Shown in pieces: positions 1 to 13,399 of a stretch of DNA of 64,000 nucleotides. Location: NCBI RefSeq assembly GCF_002113885.1, contig NW_018404512.1, positions 1,071,642 through 1,135,641 of the forward strand, in the 5' to 3' direction. The translations under genes and the position numbers were made by a program. Position 1 is the stretch's first letter. Each line of letters opens with the position of its first letter. The DNA is from Mizuhopecten yessoensis (taxonomy: Eukaryota). Below the pieces are notes generated by a model that had not been told where the DNA came from, did not search any database, and worked only from the letters and a program-made list of their open reading frames with translations.

Positions 1-332
1 CTAGTTCTAGAATTGGTGTTAGCATTGCCAAGATGTTATTACACCATGTTATATCAAAACTAGTTCTAGAACTGATGTTAGCATTGCCAAGATGTTATTA
101 CACCATGTTATATCAAAACTAGTTCTAGAACTGATGTTAGCATTTCCAAGATGTTATCACACCCTGTTATATCAAAACTAGTTTTAGAACTGATGTTAGC
201 ATTGCCAAGATGTTATTACACCATGTTATATCAAAATTATTTCTAGAACTGATGTTAGCATTGCCAAGATGTTATAACACAATGTTATATCAAAATTATT
301 CCCAGAACTGATGTTTGCATTGCCAAGATGAT
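1..332. repeat. 59-bp minisatellite, ~5.6 copies visible (truncated by window start)
   Basis: Unit ctagttctagaactgatgttagcattgccaagatgttattacaccatgttatatcaaaa recurs every 59 bp. Confidence 0.95.
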
Positions 333-959
333 AATTCCCATAAACAATGATAGATTATTTATGTTAACATTTATTAAACCGAAGTAAGTTTTGTCAGCTG
401 TATAATAAACATTAATTATAGTCAAAGAATATTAATGTTAGAATTCATTAATTGATGTAAAGTCTTTGCGTTGTAGACCTTGGACAAGGAATCAAGTCAT
501 TTAATCGTAAACATATTGTTGAAGTATTTATATAGGTATATGTTATGCAATGATTACTTGTATATACATGTACTATTGATGCCATATACACACCATAGGT
601 TCACTATACATACCAAGCAATGGTGCGCAATTCAATATCTTCGGTTCGACTTGTACTACCAAAGTGTCTGTGACTTTATCTGAAATGAAGTTGTACATCG
701 ATGACATAAGCAATACACAGAAATGACCAGATAATGATCGTCTTCTTTCCCTACAGTTTCAAGTCATGTATGTACAGTTGTGTGACCGCACATCGCACTA
801 AAATAAACGTGCGTTCATCGTACATATATCGTGCGCACACCAATCGTTCGCCCATTTGTGCGCTTTTCTGCGCATAAATCTGCGATTTGGTACAATTGGT
901 TGATAAAATTTATGGAATGAAAAATCGTATGGCTCGAATTGAATATTGAACATCGTATA

Positions 960-1290
960 TTTAAATTTCTCATCGTATTAATTAAGATTGCGTTCCTTTA
1001 CAATGCGTGCAACACAGCATTACAGTAACTGTTAGACCGTCAAGAATGGGTATGGCTCCCAGGTACCAGAACAGGTATATAACATTTTCATGAGTGACCG
1101 GATTTTTACCTGGCGCCCTGTGACTGACATAGAAGAGCCGATATATGAAACCGTATGACAGTTATGAAATCACAACTAGTATTTGTTATTTGCATTAGTG
1201 TTGGTCTATAGCTCCCTTTCAACTGGATTTTAATTCGAATTACATGCTGATTCATATACAAAACGACAAAAAACAGATGTCAGCTGCAAG
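960..1290 (-). pseudogene. Decayed family-B/adhesion-GPCR-like TM5-TM7 segment
   Basis: One minus frame with several stops reads ...DICFLSFCI*ISM*FELKSS*...QILVVIS*LSYGFIYRLFYVSHRAPGKNPVTHENVIYLFWYLGAIPILDGLTVTVMLCCTHCKGTQS*. It has three hydrophobic stretches resembling TM6 (LVLIPLxG) and TM7 (YLF..LQG...C). Motif resemblance only. Confidence 0.45.
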
Positions 1291-1667
1291 CTATTAAATG
1301 CAGATTTTTCAAGAGACAGCTTCGGGAATGTCACACCTGATCTCGTTCCTTGTTCTTGTTTTTGCTGTTGTTGTTTTATTTCCACAGAAGTGGTGTCAAT
1401 GTTGCTTTTGTATGTTTTACGTTCTTTTAAATTTATTTTATCTTAATTTTGTGACATGAGAAACCACTTCTCATTTTGAATATATATATATATATATATT
1501 TTAATTTTAGTATTCTGTGGTTGCCCTATCGTACTGGTATCGATATCTGATTCTGTCCTTTGGCCCCGTGTTGACCAACACGATTGGTATGTTGCGATTC
1601 TACCGTGACTTGTTTAGTACAGATACCCAGGTGTCAGAGATAATGTATCAAATGACTCATTACTCAC

Positions 1668-1934
1668 ATTCGATACCTGACGTTTTCACGTAAACCTCGT
1701 TATGACTCAACACTGGGACCAGCTGATAATTCCACTGGAAGTATACCGGATTGGTTTTGTAAACTATACACGACATGTTTTCTTTGTCGTAGACTGCAAC
1801 AAATCCAGCAAAGACTTGATTTAGACTCCACTGACAGTTGGTGTCTGTCGTGTTGTAATTTGTAATTGTCAGTATATTGATGCCTCCAGGGTCAAACAGG
1901 GTCATGTTGGTATACGTATCCACAGTATACAGAC
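1668..1934 (-). CDS. Exon encoding PAN/Apple-like domain (267 bp, phase 1-1)
   Basis: Acceptor ttttgttctcaacag, donor gtgagt. Open frame GLYTVDTYTN...TNCQWSLNQVFAGFVAVYDKENMSCIVYK...VYVKTSGIE, homologous to the 22229-21954 exon (VYD....C..Y). One expected Cys is missing. Confidence 0.75.
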
Positions 1935-2077
1935 CTGTTGAGAACAAAAACAGAATTAAGGAGCAAATACTAATATTATACTATCTTTGAATGATTAAGA
2001 TTCGTTATCTACAATCCATATAATCAACACTTTTCTGATCCTGAGAACGGGATAATCACAACCCTGCACGTGGATTA

Positions 2078-3722
2078 ATACATGATTACACAGACGATAA
2101 TGTAGACGGATAAAACACTGTACATGATTACACAGACGATAATGTAGACAGATAAAACACTGAACATGATTACACAGACGATAATGTAGACAGATAAAAC
2201 ACTGTACATGATTACACAGGAGATAATGTAGACAGATAAAACACTGTACATGATTGCACAGACGATAATGTAGACAGATAAAACACTGTACATGATTACA
2301 CAGACGATAATGTAGACAGATAAAACACTGTACATGATTACACAGACGATAATGTAGACAGATAAAACACTGTACATGATTACACAGACGATAATGTAGA
2401 CAGATAAAACACTGTACATGATTACACAGACGATAATGTAGACAGATAAAACACTGTACATGATTACACAGACGATAATGTAGACAGATAAAACACTGTA
2501 CATGATTACACAGACGATAATGTAGACAGATAAAACACTGTACATGATTACACAGACGATAATGTAGACAGATAAAACACTGTACATGATTACACAGACG
2601 ATAATGTAGACAGATAAAACACTGTACATGATTACACAGACGATAATGTAGACAGATAAAACACTGTACATGATTACACAGACGATAATGTAGACAGATA
2701 AAACACTGTACATGATTACACAGACGATAATGTAGACAGATAAAACACTGTACATGATTACACAGACGATAATGTAGACAGATAAAACACTGTACATGAT
2801 TACACAGACGATAATGTAGACAGATAAAACACTGTACATGATTACACAGACGATAATGTAGACAGATAAAACACTGTACATGATTACACAGACGATAATG
2901 TAGACAGATAAAACACTGTACATGATTACACAGACGATAATGTAGACAGATAAAACACTGTACATGATTACACAGACGATAATGTAGACAGATAAAACAC
3001 TGTACATGATTACACAGACGATAATGTAGACAGATAAAACACTGTACATGATTACACAGACGATAATGTAGACAGATAAAACACTGTACATGATTACACA
3101 GACGATAATGTAGACAGATAAAACACTGTACATGATTACACAGACGATAATGTAGACAGATAAAACACTGTACATGATTACACAGACGATAATGTAGACA
3201 GATAAAACACTGTACATGATTACACAGACGATAATGTAGACAGATAAAACACTGTACATGATTACACAGACGATAATGTAGACAGATAAAACACTGTACA
3301 TGATTACACAGACGATAATGTAGACAGATAAAACACTGTACATGATTACACAGACGATAATGTAGACAGATAAAACACTGTACATGATTACACAGACGAT
3401 AATGTAGACAGATAAAACACTGTACATGATTACACAGACGATAATGTAGACAGATAAAACACTGTACATGATTACACAGACGATAATGTAGACAGATAAA
3501 ACACTGTACATGATTACACAGACGATAATGTAGACAGATAAAACACTGTACATGATTACACAGACGATAATGTAGACAGATAAAACACTGTACATGATTA
3601 CACAGACGATAATGTAGACAGATAAAACAATGTACATGATTACACAGACGATAATGTAGACAGATAAAACACTGTACATGCTTACACAGACGATAATGTA
3701 GACAGATAAAACACTGTACATG
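2078..3722. repeat. 42-bp minisatellite, ~39 almost perfect copies
   Basis: Unit acatgattacacagacgataatgtagacagataaaacactgt. The 582-aa ORF is this unit translated. Confidence 0.98.
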
Positions 3723-3893
3723 TAGATATGTTCTAAGTGTAAGTTTGTTTTAATTTTGCATCTGAAATCTCTCATTAAAGGAATACAAGAAATTGATTGG
3801 TTGATACTACAAATGTAGTTCATTTAAAATATATATTTATGGTCAAGATTTGGAAAGTGTTTATATTTCTTGGAGCCCATCATCAAACACTTA

Positions 3894-4580
3894 CGTTCTT
3901 TTCACCCATGAAATATGTCATTTGAAGGCATGCTGTAAAGTATCTAATTAGATTAAGATAAACACGATTACTCGCTAGGCTTAATGCTACCAGGGATCAA
4001 AGTCAGACCTCAAATACACTCAATGTGACCGTCACGCTGCCGAGCGATTCTTTCCTGTACATAAAAGGATTAAACTACATATGCAGCCTAATTGTATTCT
4101 ACAAGGTGGCACGCACAGATCGTTCTATTTCGACATGACATATCCCAGGGTGCAGCGTATGTAAGAGGTCGTAACTTTGTTAAGCTTTATGTGGACGTAT
4201 CCTTCCACAAAATAGTAACATTTACCAAAATAAGCTCATAATATGTCTACTTTTAGAATCTAGCATATATAAGTTAAATACATATTTTAATCAGTGACGA
4301 TTCTAAAAAACGAACAAATTACCTATACAATGTCCGGTCCTGAGTATTAGAGAGATGATTCAGAGGGCAGATACAATGATAAATAAAAAAAAACATTGAA
4401 ATATCCAGATTACACTGTATTATACCGAAAACAACCATATATATATGCACAAAGTACAAAACATTAATATCTATGTTACAGAAATAAGTCATTGTGTCAC
4501 AATGGCGGCATGATAATAAACAATTTACTTCGACCCACGTTTTTTTCTCTCTATTTTGACTCACAACCTTAACATACAAA
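3894..4580 (-). pseudogene. Decayed CTLD exon pair of a further paralogue or second CTLD module
   Basis: ~4550-4490 reads EKKTWVEVNC (cf. KLTWAEAAKYC). ~3945-3894 reads ACLQMTYFMGEKN|gtaagt (cf. SCEKKHFFVCTKK|gtaagt). Stops and frameshifts lie between. Confidence 0.45.
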
Positions 4581-5679
4581 GCCCAATTACCCTCTTCCTA
4601 CTTGTAGGAAACAAGTCGACATGGAAAAACAATCCTCGTTATATTTTTGTCTGCACTTACCTTTTTTATCTTTAAATTTTAATAATAGAAATAGAACAAA
4701 TATTATTTCTATTAAAGGGAAAGGTATTGAAGACTTGTTATCACACGATACCGGCCATAATAACTTTTAAGATTTCATGCCATTAACATTTGGCTTTTTT
4801 TGCATTGCTGCAGCATATATGTCCCAAACCATAGAATCTTTAAAAAAAATGCGTAAATTATTATTACCAGGAAACACACATTTCCTTATCTTTTTTGTCC
4901 TTTTCCTATATAAACCAACCACATTAGTATGTTTTAGTCGATTTTGTAATGTGCAATTTTTTTAAATAAAAGGCTTTAATTTCGAAGTTTTCCTGTTTTA
5001 ACAGAGAATAAAGCAAATGGTCAACGATTATCCCAGTTCCAAGAACGTAAAACAATCCTATAGTAAAACTTAAAATGGAAGAGTTTCCTCCCTTAGTATA
5101 GTGGTTTCTTTTACCGAATAATAATATATCTCATTATTCTTATAAATTGAAGTTACAGATTTTCCGGTCAGCTGACAACTACAGAAGGACGATCAATAAA
5201 TTGATATGTCATTTTACTTTCATGTTTCTTTTGACGATATAAATGGGCAATACAGACGAAAAAGAAAATTAATTTCTGAGAGAATGGGAAATAATTTTGT
5301 ATAATAATATGTTTAAATGTACATGGGATGGCGGTCATGGGTTTACGTACTTTACGAATAGAGGAAAAGAAACTCTTGCTTTATGTATTTACGTGAAGGT
5401 TACATATATATCTAAATATATATCTAAATGATACATACATATACATGTATTCAATCAAGTTTGAAAGGATTTGCGTTCAATGGAAACTTTGTAGGTTGCT
5501 AAGCTACGACCATACTTTTACGTGTGTTTTTTTTTTTTTTTAGTAGTTTCAGAATTTTCGGAAATCATATCCATGCATTAAATATGCCGATGCTTGTATT
5601 GCTAGACTTCGTCCATTTGGCGCTAGTTATGTGAATGTTCTTCCTCTGTATCGGACACTCCCACAAATAATGCAATGAC

Positions 5680-6870
5680 AATGAAATACATTCAATTCAT
5701 ATTTCAAAAAATAGTGTCTTTGTTACAGAACCAGACGAAGAAACAGAAAGTTCCACTCTTCCATATTAAGAAATAATTTCTCCGATGCAGCCAATAAGTA
5801 CAACTTGTTAGTCTGTTCTAACGGAGCGTCTAGATTTAAAAATTGACAAATCTCCAGGAATAGATAAATTTCATCCACTATTTCTCATGAAAACTGCAGA
5901 AACGATAGCATCCCCATAAACATAGTCATATACCATTTCGCTTAAAACAGGTACAGTACTTGATGATTAGAAAATTAGATTTAAAAAAATGGGTATAACT
6001 AGTTACAGACCGGTTAGTTTGACATTAATTGAATGCAAAATATGAAACAAAACGCATTTTGTTATCGATTTATGTCGGGTAGGTCTACGTCATTACAACT
6101 TCTGAAAGTTTTAGATGAATGAACTGAACAATTAGATAATGGACACTAGATCGATTATATAAAAATATGGATTTTCAGAAAGCCTTCGTTTCAGTTCTAC
6201 ACAGAAGACTTTTAAGTAAAATTAAATGGAAGGCCAACTTCATCTCCACCGGTGTCACGCTATATCCAATCCGATTGAAGCGATGTATCCTCAGGAGGTC
6301 CTCAGGGATCAACATCACTCGAACCAATATTTTTCGTCATAAACATAAATGACCTACTTGATACTATACATTTTGAAGTTTATCTTTTTGCGGACGACAC
6401 AAAATGATTTGACTTATACGGGGAAGTGCTGATGTAAATATACTCCAAGATGACCTGGACCATCTGTCAGCTTGGAGTGATAAACAGCTACTGAAATTTC
6501 ATCCCCAAAAATGTAAATCGATGCGTATGGGCAGGCATTACGATTAGAGACAATATTACATGTATCTTAAAAAAGAATTACAAAAAGTGCACAAGGAAAA
6601 AGACATAGTTAAAAAAGCAAATTTTAAGTTTGCACTTATAAGGCGAACCTTTCATTTTTGTAATGTATACAACTTTCCGTTACTGTACTGTACACTAGTT
6701 AGTGTCCATTTTGAGTACGCAAATACTGTATGTCACCCGTATAAAATTAAACATATTGATATGATTGAGGCTGTACAACGGAGGGCATCTAAGCATTTAT
6801 CTGGATTTAAGGAAATGTCCTATTCAGATAGACTTAAAAGCCTTAAACACTACTGGCCTGCAAAAGGATA
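5680..6870 (+). mobile_element. Degraded CR1/L2-type LINE reverse-transcriptase fragment
   Basis: Motifs KSPGIDKFHP, YRPVSLT, GRSTSLQLL, DFQKAF..VLHRRLL, PQGS, LFADDTK and IEAVQRRASK...MSYSDRL occur in order with stops and frameshifts. Confidence 0.92.
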
Positions 6871-7738
6871 GGTCCGAAATTCTATAGAAGTTGGAACTGT
6901 TGTCACAATCGATTTATTTAATGTATTGCTATTACTGTATATTTGAATCTGGTGTAGAGGATCTTAAATGATCTTTTAAAAGTAGGACTTTTTGCGACAA
7001 CGCTGCGATATTGCCACCGCGGTTTGACTCGACCTAGAGCGCAACAGAAATTATTTCAAGCAGTATATCACCTGAAATACTTGAAAATGGTCTAAAGAAC
7101 CACCAAAAACAAAACTATTTCGCAAACTATTGCACAGTAGCGGTTAGAGACAATTACTAGTGATATATATGAGATATACAACTATCCATTTGTCTTGTTA
7201 CGGAAGTGCAGCTGTTTAGAACAGGAGAGCATAGTGAGATGCATCATTACTGTAATATGTGTACTTACAGCCTTACACCTGAAAAAATATCTTGTCTGGG
7301 AACAGTTACGGATCCATGCATCCTAAGATCTCTTGTATACAACGTAAATAGAATCCGCAGCTGTTTAACACTAAATTGATCGCATTTGATTGAACTTTAG
7401 CTCCTCCGTAATCTATAAAAGACAGGTATAATACCAGCAATTCGTCTGTTCTATGTTCTATGAAACCAATTAAATGCATAAACATGATCCTGCCATATTG
7501 TCATGACATGCGCCATGGGTGCAAACAATATGGATAGCGGAGTCCTTGAATAACAAAAATTATCAGTTGTACAAGTATATTTCTAATGAATAGCTACGCC
7601 CTTCGTGACTTTTTTCTTTCATCATACTCTCTCCCTCAGAAAGCTTCCTTTGACGTCGTTTCTTATTGTTCCCATTACGTCAATGTATTGCTTCTAATTT
7701 GTAATGAATTCACTCGATTTGATAACGTTTCAACTTAC

Positions 7739-10700
7739 CTTTCTTCTTTGTGCAAACGAAAAAATGTTTCTTCTCACAACTTGTCATATACGGGGAATAA
7801 CTACTTGAATCAACTGTCATGTTTAACACCAAGCACACCATGGAAGGGTACGCAGTTTTATCCACATTTTTACTTGATAAAATGGAACACCTGGGTGTAA
7901 ACCATTTTGTTTCATTTGCTGGTTTGATGCCCCCTAGCCACAGGTCTTCTCCGACTGACCTATAAAAAACGACAGATATGTAAAAAGGAACAATATTAGG
8001 CAAAATTATGACACAAATTCCATACATGTTCTTCATATCTGAATTATATTTATATCATAATATACATAGAGGTTACACAACGAGTGGTTGTTGAATATGG
8101 AATTTATTTCAATCGAATAAGTTAATTTTCAAAAGTTACAAAAGACACGAGCTTTAGCGAGTGTCTTTCTGTAACGTTTGAAAATTAACTATCGAGAGTG
8201 AAATAAATACCATACTCAACAACCACGAGTCGTGTGATCTGTTTCTACCACAATCTCACTCAGTCGGAAACAGCTGGAGTATTTCCTGATTTGAATATCA
8301 TACACACATGTGTTTGTTGACAAGGCTGCCGTAGTGATATGACCCATATGTAAAAAGTCACTCATTAATATTCAAAAATGTCATTTTCTTTTACAAATTG
8401 AATAATTTTCAAAATTAATGTTTCGGCAACAACTTCGTGATTTTTTTTTTGAAATGAACGACTTTAAATATTGAGAGTATGCAATCTTGCATTAATTTGT
8501 ATAAATTGATTACGGACTATATGCGCGTAAGCATGTCGTACGTAGTCTGCTTCCCGCCAAGTGATGAAGACGAACTAATCGCTGTCAATGTCCAAAACCA
8601 TAGGCCTGGGACGTTTCTTCGTGAGGTTGTTTTGTTGACAAGCCCTCCAGATATTGATAACGGGACATAGGGAGAACGAAATATTTCCCAACACTTACAG
8701 ATCTTATCACGTCTCTGGGTTTCACGACATGGACACGCGACGGTATGGCGTCGAAACGATATCGAGTGTCTGTAGCAATTTTGCCTGAAACTAGCGATAA
8801 AATCTTTCAGCATCATCTTCTTTTGGTATTGCCTTAATAACCCCCTTTTCCAATCGCATAACCTCACAAAAGTCACCAAAATTTGCCGGATGTTGACAGC
8901 AGACGACGTAAACAAAACAGCACGCGGCAAAAAGCGCATGAAAAAAGTCCGGTCAAGGTTCATCTTCTCGACCAATCAAAACTACGGAAGGTCATATACC
9001 ACGTGTGGTGTATAACTCATATTTATTCAACAGTCTGTATGTTTATACAATGATATGAGAGTGGAATTACACAGCGTATTGTGGTAGAAAAATAGAAAAT
9101 ACTGCATATAACAAAACCATCTGTTGGTGCATGTACAGTGTATATACTACTGGTATATTTCATTCACGAACCCCTTCGTTGATACAGATGTAAATGTTTA
9201 CGCGATTTGAAGGTACATGTTTATTTGAATGTAACACTGTTAAAGGTTTCTGATTTACAATGTATAATTCAAGATAGTTGATTTACCATTGACTTTGCGT
9301 TATATGCATATAATGTCGCAAATCCACGATATTGTAGGTTCCTCTTCCGCTTAGCATTGTCCCAAGGTTACTGGCAGAACAATACTTTGCTGCCTCAGCC
9401 CATGTCAGTTTGATTTTGACTACGGTTCGTGTGTGGGTTTCACCTCCATTCATCTGGGCAGCTATTAACAAAGAGAAATATTGACGTCGTGTAAATATTT
9501 TCCATAAATGAAGTTTAAACAGTTATCTGATAAACAGTTATCGCAAATCGGCCTCCAAATCACATGATTGGTATGAATTTGTACCACCAGTTCTGTTGTG
9601 TCAATTAATGAATTACGTCGGCAACTGGTTTCTTGTAACATCAGAAAGTTTGGTATAAATGTAACCTATGTTACTATTGTATATGTCCATGTAATTGATA
9701 GTGTTTGAGCATTAATAGCAGCCTTAGTATAAGAACAACACGAATGAAAAAATAAAACAATACACCACGGTTTTGATATTGAAGGGTTAAATAAGAACCG
9801 ACTTGCATAAGAAAATACAAAAACAGTAATAAAATCCTATCAGAAATCAATTTGAAACGAAAAGTTAACAAACGAATCAAAATCAAATCAGAAATAAATT
9901 TGAAACGAAAATACAAAAACAGTAACAAACGTAGACATCAAGTCGATATGACAATACCAAAATCTAATCAAAACCAAACAGGAAACGTTAATACGAGAAC
10001 GGTTTTTAAAATTAAACTTAAGGCGACAGGAAAAATGAAAAAAATAAACTTAACTTCATCAAATCAAAGTAAAACGAAAAGACGATGAACGTAACAAACT
10101 TAGAATTCATGTAAAAAATGAATAACAAGAACAAATCCAATCAAAATCAGAGAAATCGAAGAAATCAATACAATGAAACGAAACTGTAACAAAAGAAAAC
10201 ATAATAAAGAGAATAAATCTCCTCAATAAGAAACTTGAATTTCGATGCTGTTCAACACCATCAGGATGCAGTTAACTAGCCCAAAGTACCAACCACCAAA
10301 GGAGAGTGCAGGGATCAAACAAGATCCAGTGTAGCTAAGAAAACATCATCAGGAGACAGTTAAGTCTCCAAAAGTACCAAACACCCAAGGAGAGTGCAGG
10401 GAACAAACAAGATCCAGTGTAGCTAAGAAAACATCATCAGGAGACAGTTAAGTCACCCAAAGTACCAACCACCCAAGGAGAGTGCAGGGAACAAACAAGA
10501 TCCAGTGTGGCTAAGAAAACATCATCAGGAGACAGGTAAGTCACCCAAAGTACTAACCACCCAAGGAGAGTGCAGGGAACAAACAAGATCTAGTGTAGCT
10601 AAGAAAACATCATCAGGAGACAGTTAAGTCAACCAAAGTACCAAACACCCAAGGAGAGTGCAGGGAAAAAACAAGATCTAGTGTAGCTAAGAAAACATCA

Positions 10701-12958
10701 TCAGGAGACAGTTAAGTCGCCCAAAGTACCAACCACCCAAGGAGAGTGCTGGGAAAAAACAAGATCCAGTGTAGCTAAGAAAACATCATCAGGAGACAGT
10801 TAAGTCGCCCAAAGTACCAACCACTCAAGGAGAGTGCAGGGAAAAAACAAGATCTAGTGTAGCTAAGAAAACATCATCAGCAGACAGTTAAGTCACCCAA
10901 AGTACCAACCACCCAGGGAGAGTGCAGGGAAAAAACAAGATCTAGTGTAGCTAAGAAAACATCATCAGGAGACAGTTAAGTCACCAAAAGTACCAACCAC
11001 CCAAGGAGAGTGCTGGGAAAAAACAAGATCCAGTGTAGCTAAGAAAACATCATCAGGAGACAGTTAAGTCAACCAAAGTACCAAACACCCAAGGAGAGTG
11101 CAGGGAAAAAACAAGATCCAGTGTAGCTAAGAAAACATCATCAGGAGACAGTTAAGCCACCCAAAGAACCAACCACCCAAGGAGAGTGCAGGGAAAAAAC
11201 AAGATCTAGTGTAGCTAAGAAAACATCATCAGCAGACAGTTAAGTCACCCAAAGTACCAACCACCCAAGGAGAGAGCAGGGAAAAAACAAGATCTAGTGT
11301 AGCTAAGAAAACATCATCAGCAGACAGTTAAGTCACCCAAAGTACCAACCACCCAAGGATAGTGCAGGGAAAAAACAAGATCTAGTGTAGCTAAGAAAAC
11401 ATCATCAGCAGACAGTTAAGTCACCCAAAGTACCAACCACCCAAGGATAGTGCAGGGAAAAAACAAGATCTAGTGTAGCTAAGAAAACATCATCAGGAGA
11501 CAGTTAAGTCACCCAAAGTACCAACCACCCAAGGAGAGTGCTGGGAAAAAACAAGATCCAGTGTAGCTAAGAAAACATCATCAGGAGACAGTTAAGTCAC
11601 CCAAAGTACCAACCACCCAAGGAGAGTGCATGGAACAAACAAGATCCAGTGTAGCTAAGAAAACATCATCAGGAGACAGCGGTAATTTTCAATATCGTAT
11701 TCGAGGAGCTTTCATCAAATCTGTGGAGACCCATCATCTACTTGCCAAATAGTTAGTGACAACACATAACAGCACCAAGTTAGTGACAACACATAACAGC
11801 ACCAAGTTAGTGACAACACATAACAGCACCAAGTTAGTGACAACACATAACAGCACCAAGTTAGTGACAACACATAACAGCACCAAGTTAGTGACAACAC
11901 ATAACAGCACCAAGTTAGTGACAACACATAACAGCACCAAGTTAGTGACAACACATAACAGCACCAAGTTAGTGACAACACATAACAGCACCAAGTTAGT
12001 GACAACACATAACAGCACCAAGTTAGTGACAACACATAACAGCACCAAGTTAGTGACAACACATAACAGCACCAAGTTAGTGACAACACACGACCTATTT
12101 TATCTGAATGGTATTTTTAATAATCTCCATAAGCACATAAGGAAATATAATCCATAATTTCAATGTGTTTTTTCTGATACAACTTTTTTAAAGTAATAAC
12201 GTATTGGCAGATTATAATATAAAGTTATTCGTCCCATGCACATGATGCTGACTACGTGAGGACGTCAATAGAACAGCTACATGTATACTGCGGCCATGCA
12301 GATATTATTGTTTGGATAGGTATTGTTGTGTTGGTACTGATCATAACCTTACCTTTTTCTACTTCATGCACGAATCCTGCATAGACCTTGACGTTAGAAT
12401 GTTTATATGATCTTGATTTTAGGGTATTTTAATCAACAGACCATCTGGTAATCACCTACATCTTAACAGTTTCTATAAATTATTCTGAATGGTTCAGATG
12501 TAACATTATGAACGAATTGAAAGGACGCTTTTGACACAGATGGAGAAAATGGATAAACAAATAGAACTTCAATACACCTAATTGGTAGAAGCCTATCCAA
12601 ACTAAAGGGACTTTAAGTAGAGATGTGTGTCGCTGATAACAACAGGATGTCTTCTACAGTGGTTTTCATTGATGATGAGGACATTTTTAAGATCTGAATG
12701 CAGTTTTGCTATCCGACTATGTTTTAACGTGAAGGTGTGTGTCAGTGTTTGTTGTTATGTCTTTTGTTTTAACTACCTGTCTACCTGCCTTTGTTTTTCG
12801 CAGGAAGGTGTTACCTTTGTAAATACTTAACCCTTGCAAGCCTCGCTCTTAGACCTTACACATATTACTTCTCGAATTGTAATGACTTTGTCATAAATAG
12901 ATATTAAACTCACCTGTAATGTTGATCGCCTGTGAAGGAACGTGGAACACAATGAGTC
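7739..12958 (-). CDS. CTLD-containing gene, paralogue A (exons 12958-12914, 9461-9287, 7959-7739)
   Basis: AG/GT exons with compatible phases (1-1, 1-2, 2-1) give GLIVFHVPSQAINITAAQMNGGETHTRTVVKIKLTWAEAAKYC...QWSVGEDLWLGG...VCLVLNM...TSCEKKHFFVCTKKK. This carries the CTLD motifs W.EA...C, WLG and C.....F.C. The first (signal peptide) exon is not securely located. The next exon may be the damaged ~7412-7268 exon or 1934-1668. Confidence 0.8.
8067..9090 (+). mobile_element. Non-autonomous element with ~160-bp terminal hairpin and short distal inverted repeat (Crypton-like architecture)
   Basis: Imperfect palindrome 8075-8237 centred on cacgagctttagcgagtg. tttctaccacaat (8242-8254) is inverted at 9078-9090. 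Family assignment is inference. Confidence 0.65.
10258..11679. repeat. 88-bp minisatellite, ~16 copies
   Basis: aagatccagtgtagctaagaaaacatcatcaggagacagttaagtcacccaaagtacc... recurs at 10321, 10409, 10497 and onward. Confidence 0.97.
11751..12090. repeat. 27-bp minisatellite, ~12.5 perfect copies
   Basis: Unit agttagtgacaacacataacagcacca. Confidence 0.98.
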
Positions 12959-13399
12959 CTGTTATAACAAATTAATATTTTAAAATATTTCTACAAACTA
13001 AATTCAAAGTTATTCCTTTCTCAACTGAATAAAATGAAGATTTTTGTAAATTTGGTTTGAAAATATTCTATGTCTTTAATCAAGATATAAAAAGTTTTAT
13101 GAAACATAAGTATTATTCTTATCTCTAGTTGGCATTTCATTTTTGATATTATCAATACTAAATGTTTTAAGTTTTTTCTGGAATTAAGTACTAATTCTGT
13201 TTATACAGCAGTATAAGGGAGCCTACAATTGAAGTTAAACTATCCGGTCACGGACAAAGCGGACGGCACGCGCTTTAGGTCAAGTGAATGTCCCTCGCCC
13301 AATTGACCGTCAATCCTTTACTCAATAAAGTTGGGCAATTCGTACTACAGGGTAGTCAATGACAATCAAAAGCGAATATGTACGCTTTGTCATTCGTAA

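Noticed and set aside
4712-5112. Kolobok-like non-autonomous element (ttaaaggg...tctttta)
   Set aside because: The terminal inverted repeats are too degenerate to support the call by eye.
8517-8975. 152-aa ORF inside the hairpin element as a possible transposase/recombinase
   Set aside because: No recognisable catalytic motifs, and it has a non-ATG start.
11715-12157. Three overlapping 113-133-aa ORFs
   Set aside because: They are translations of the 27-bp tandem unit, whose length is divisible by 3. No splice or domain support.
12353-12376. Possible 24-nt micro-exon (GFVHEVEK) in paralogue A
   Set aside because: It has AG/GT and a compatible phase, but the acceptor is weak and paralogue B has no counterpart. 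Not supportable without transcripts.
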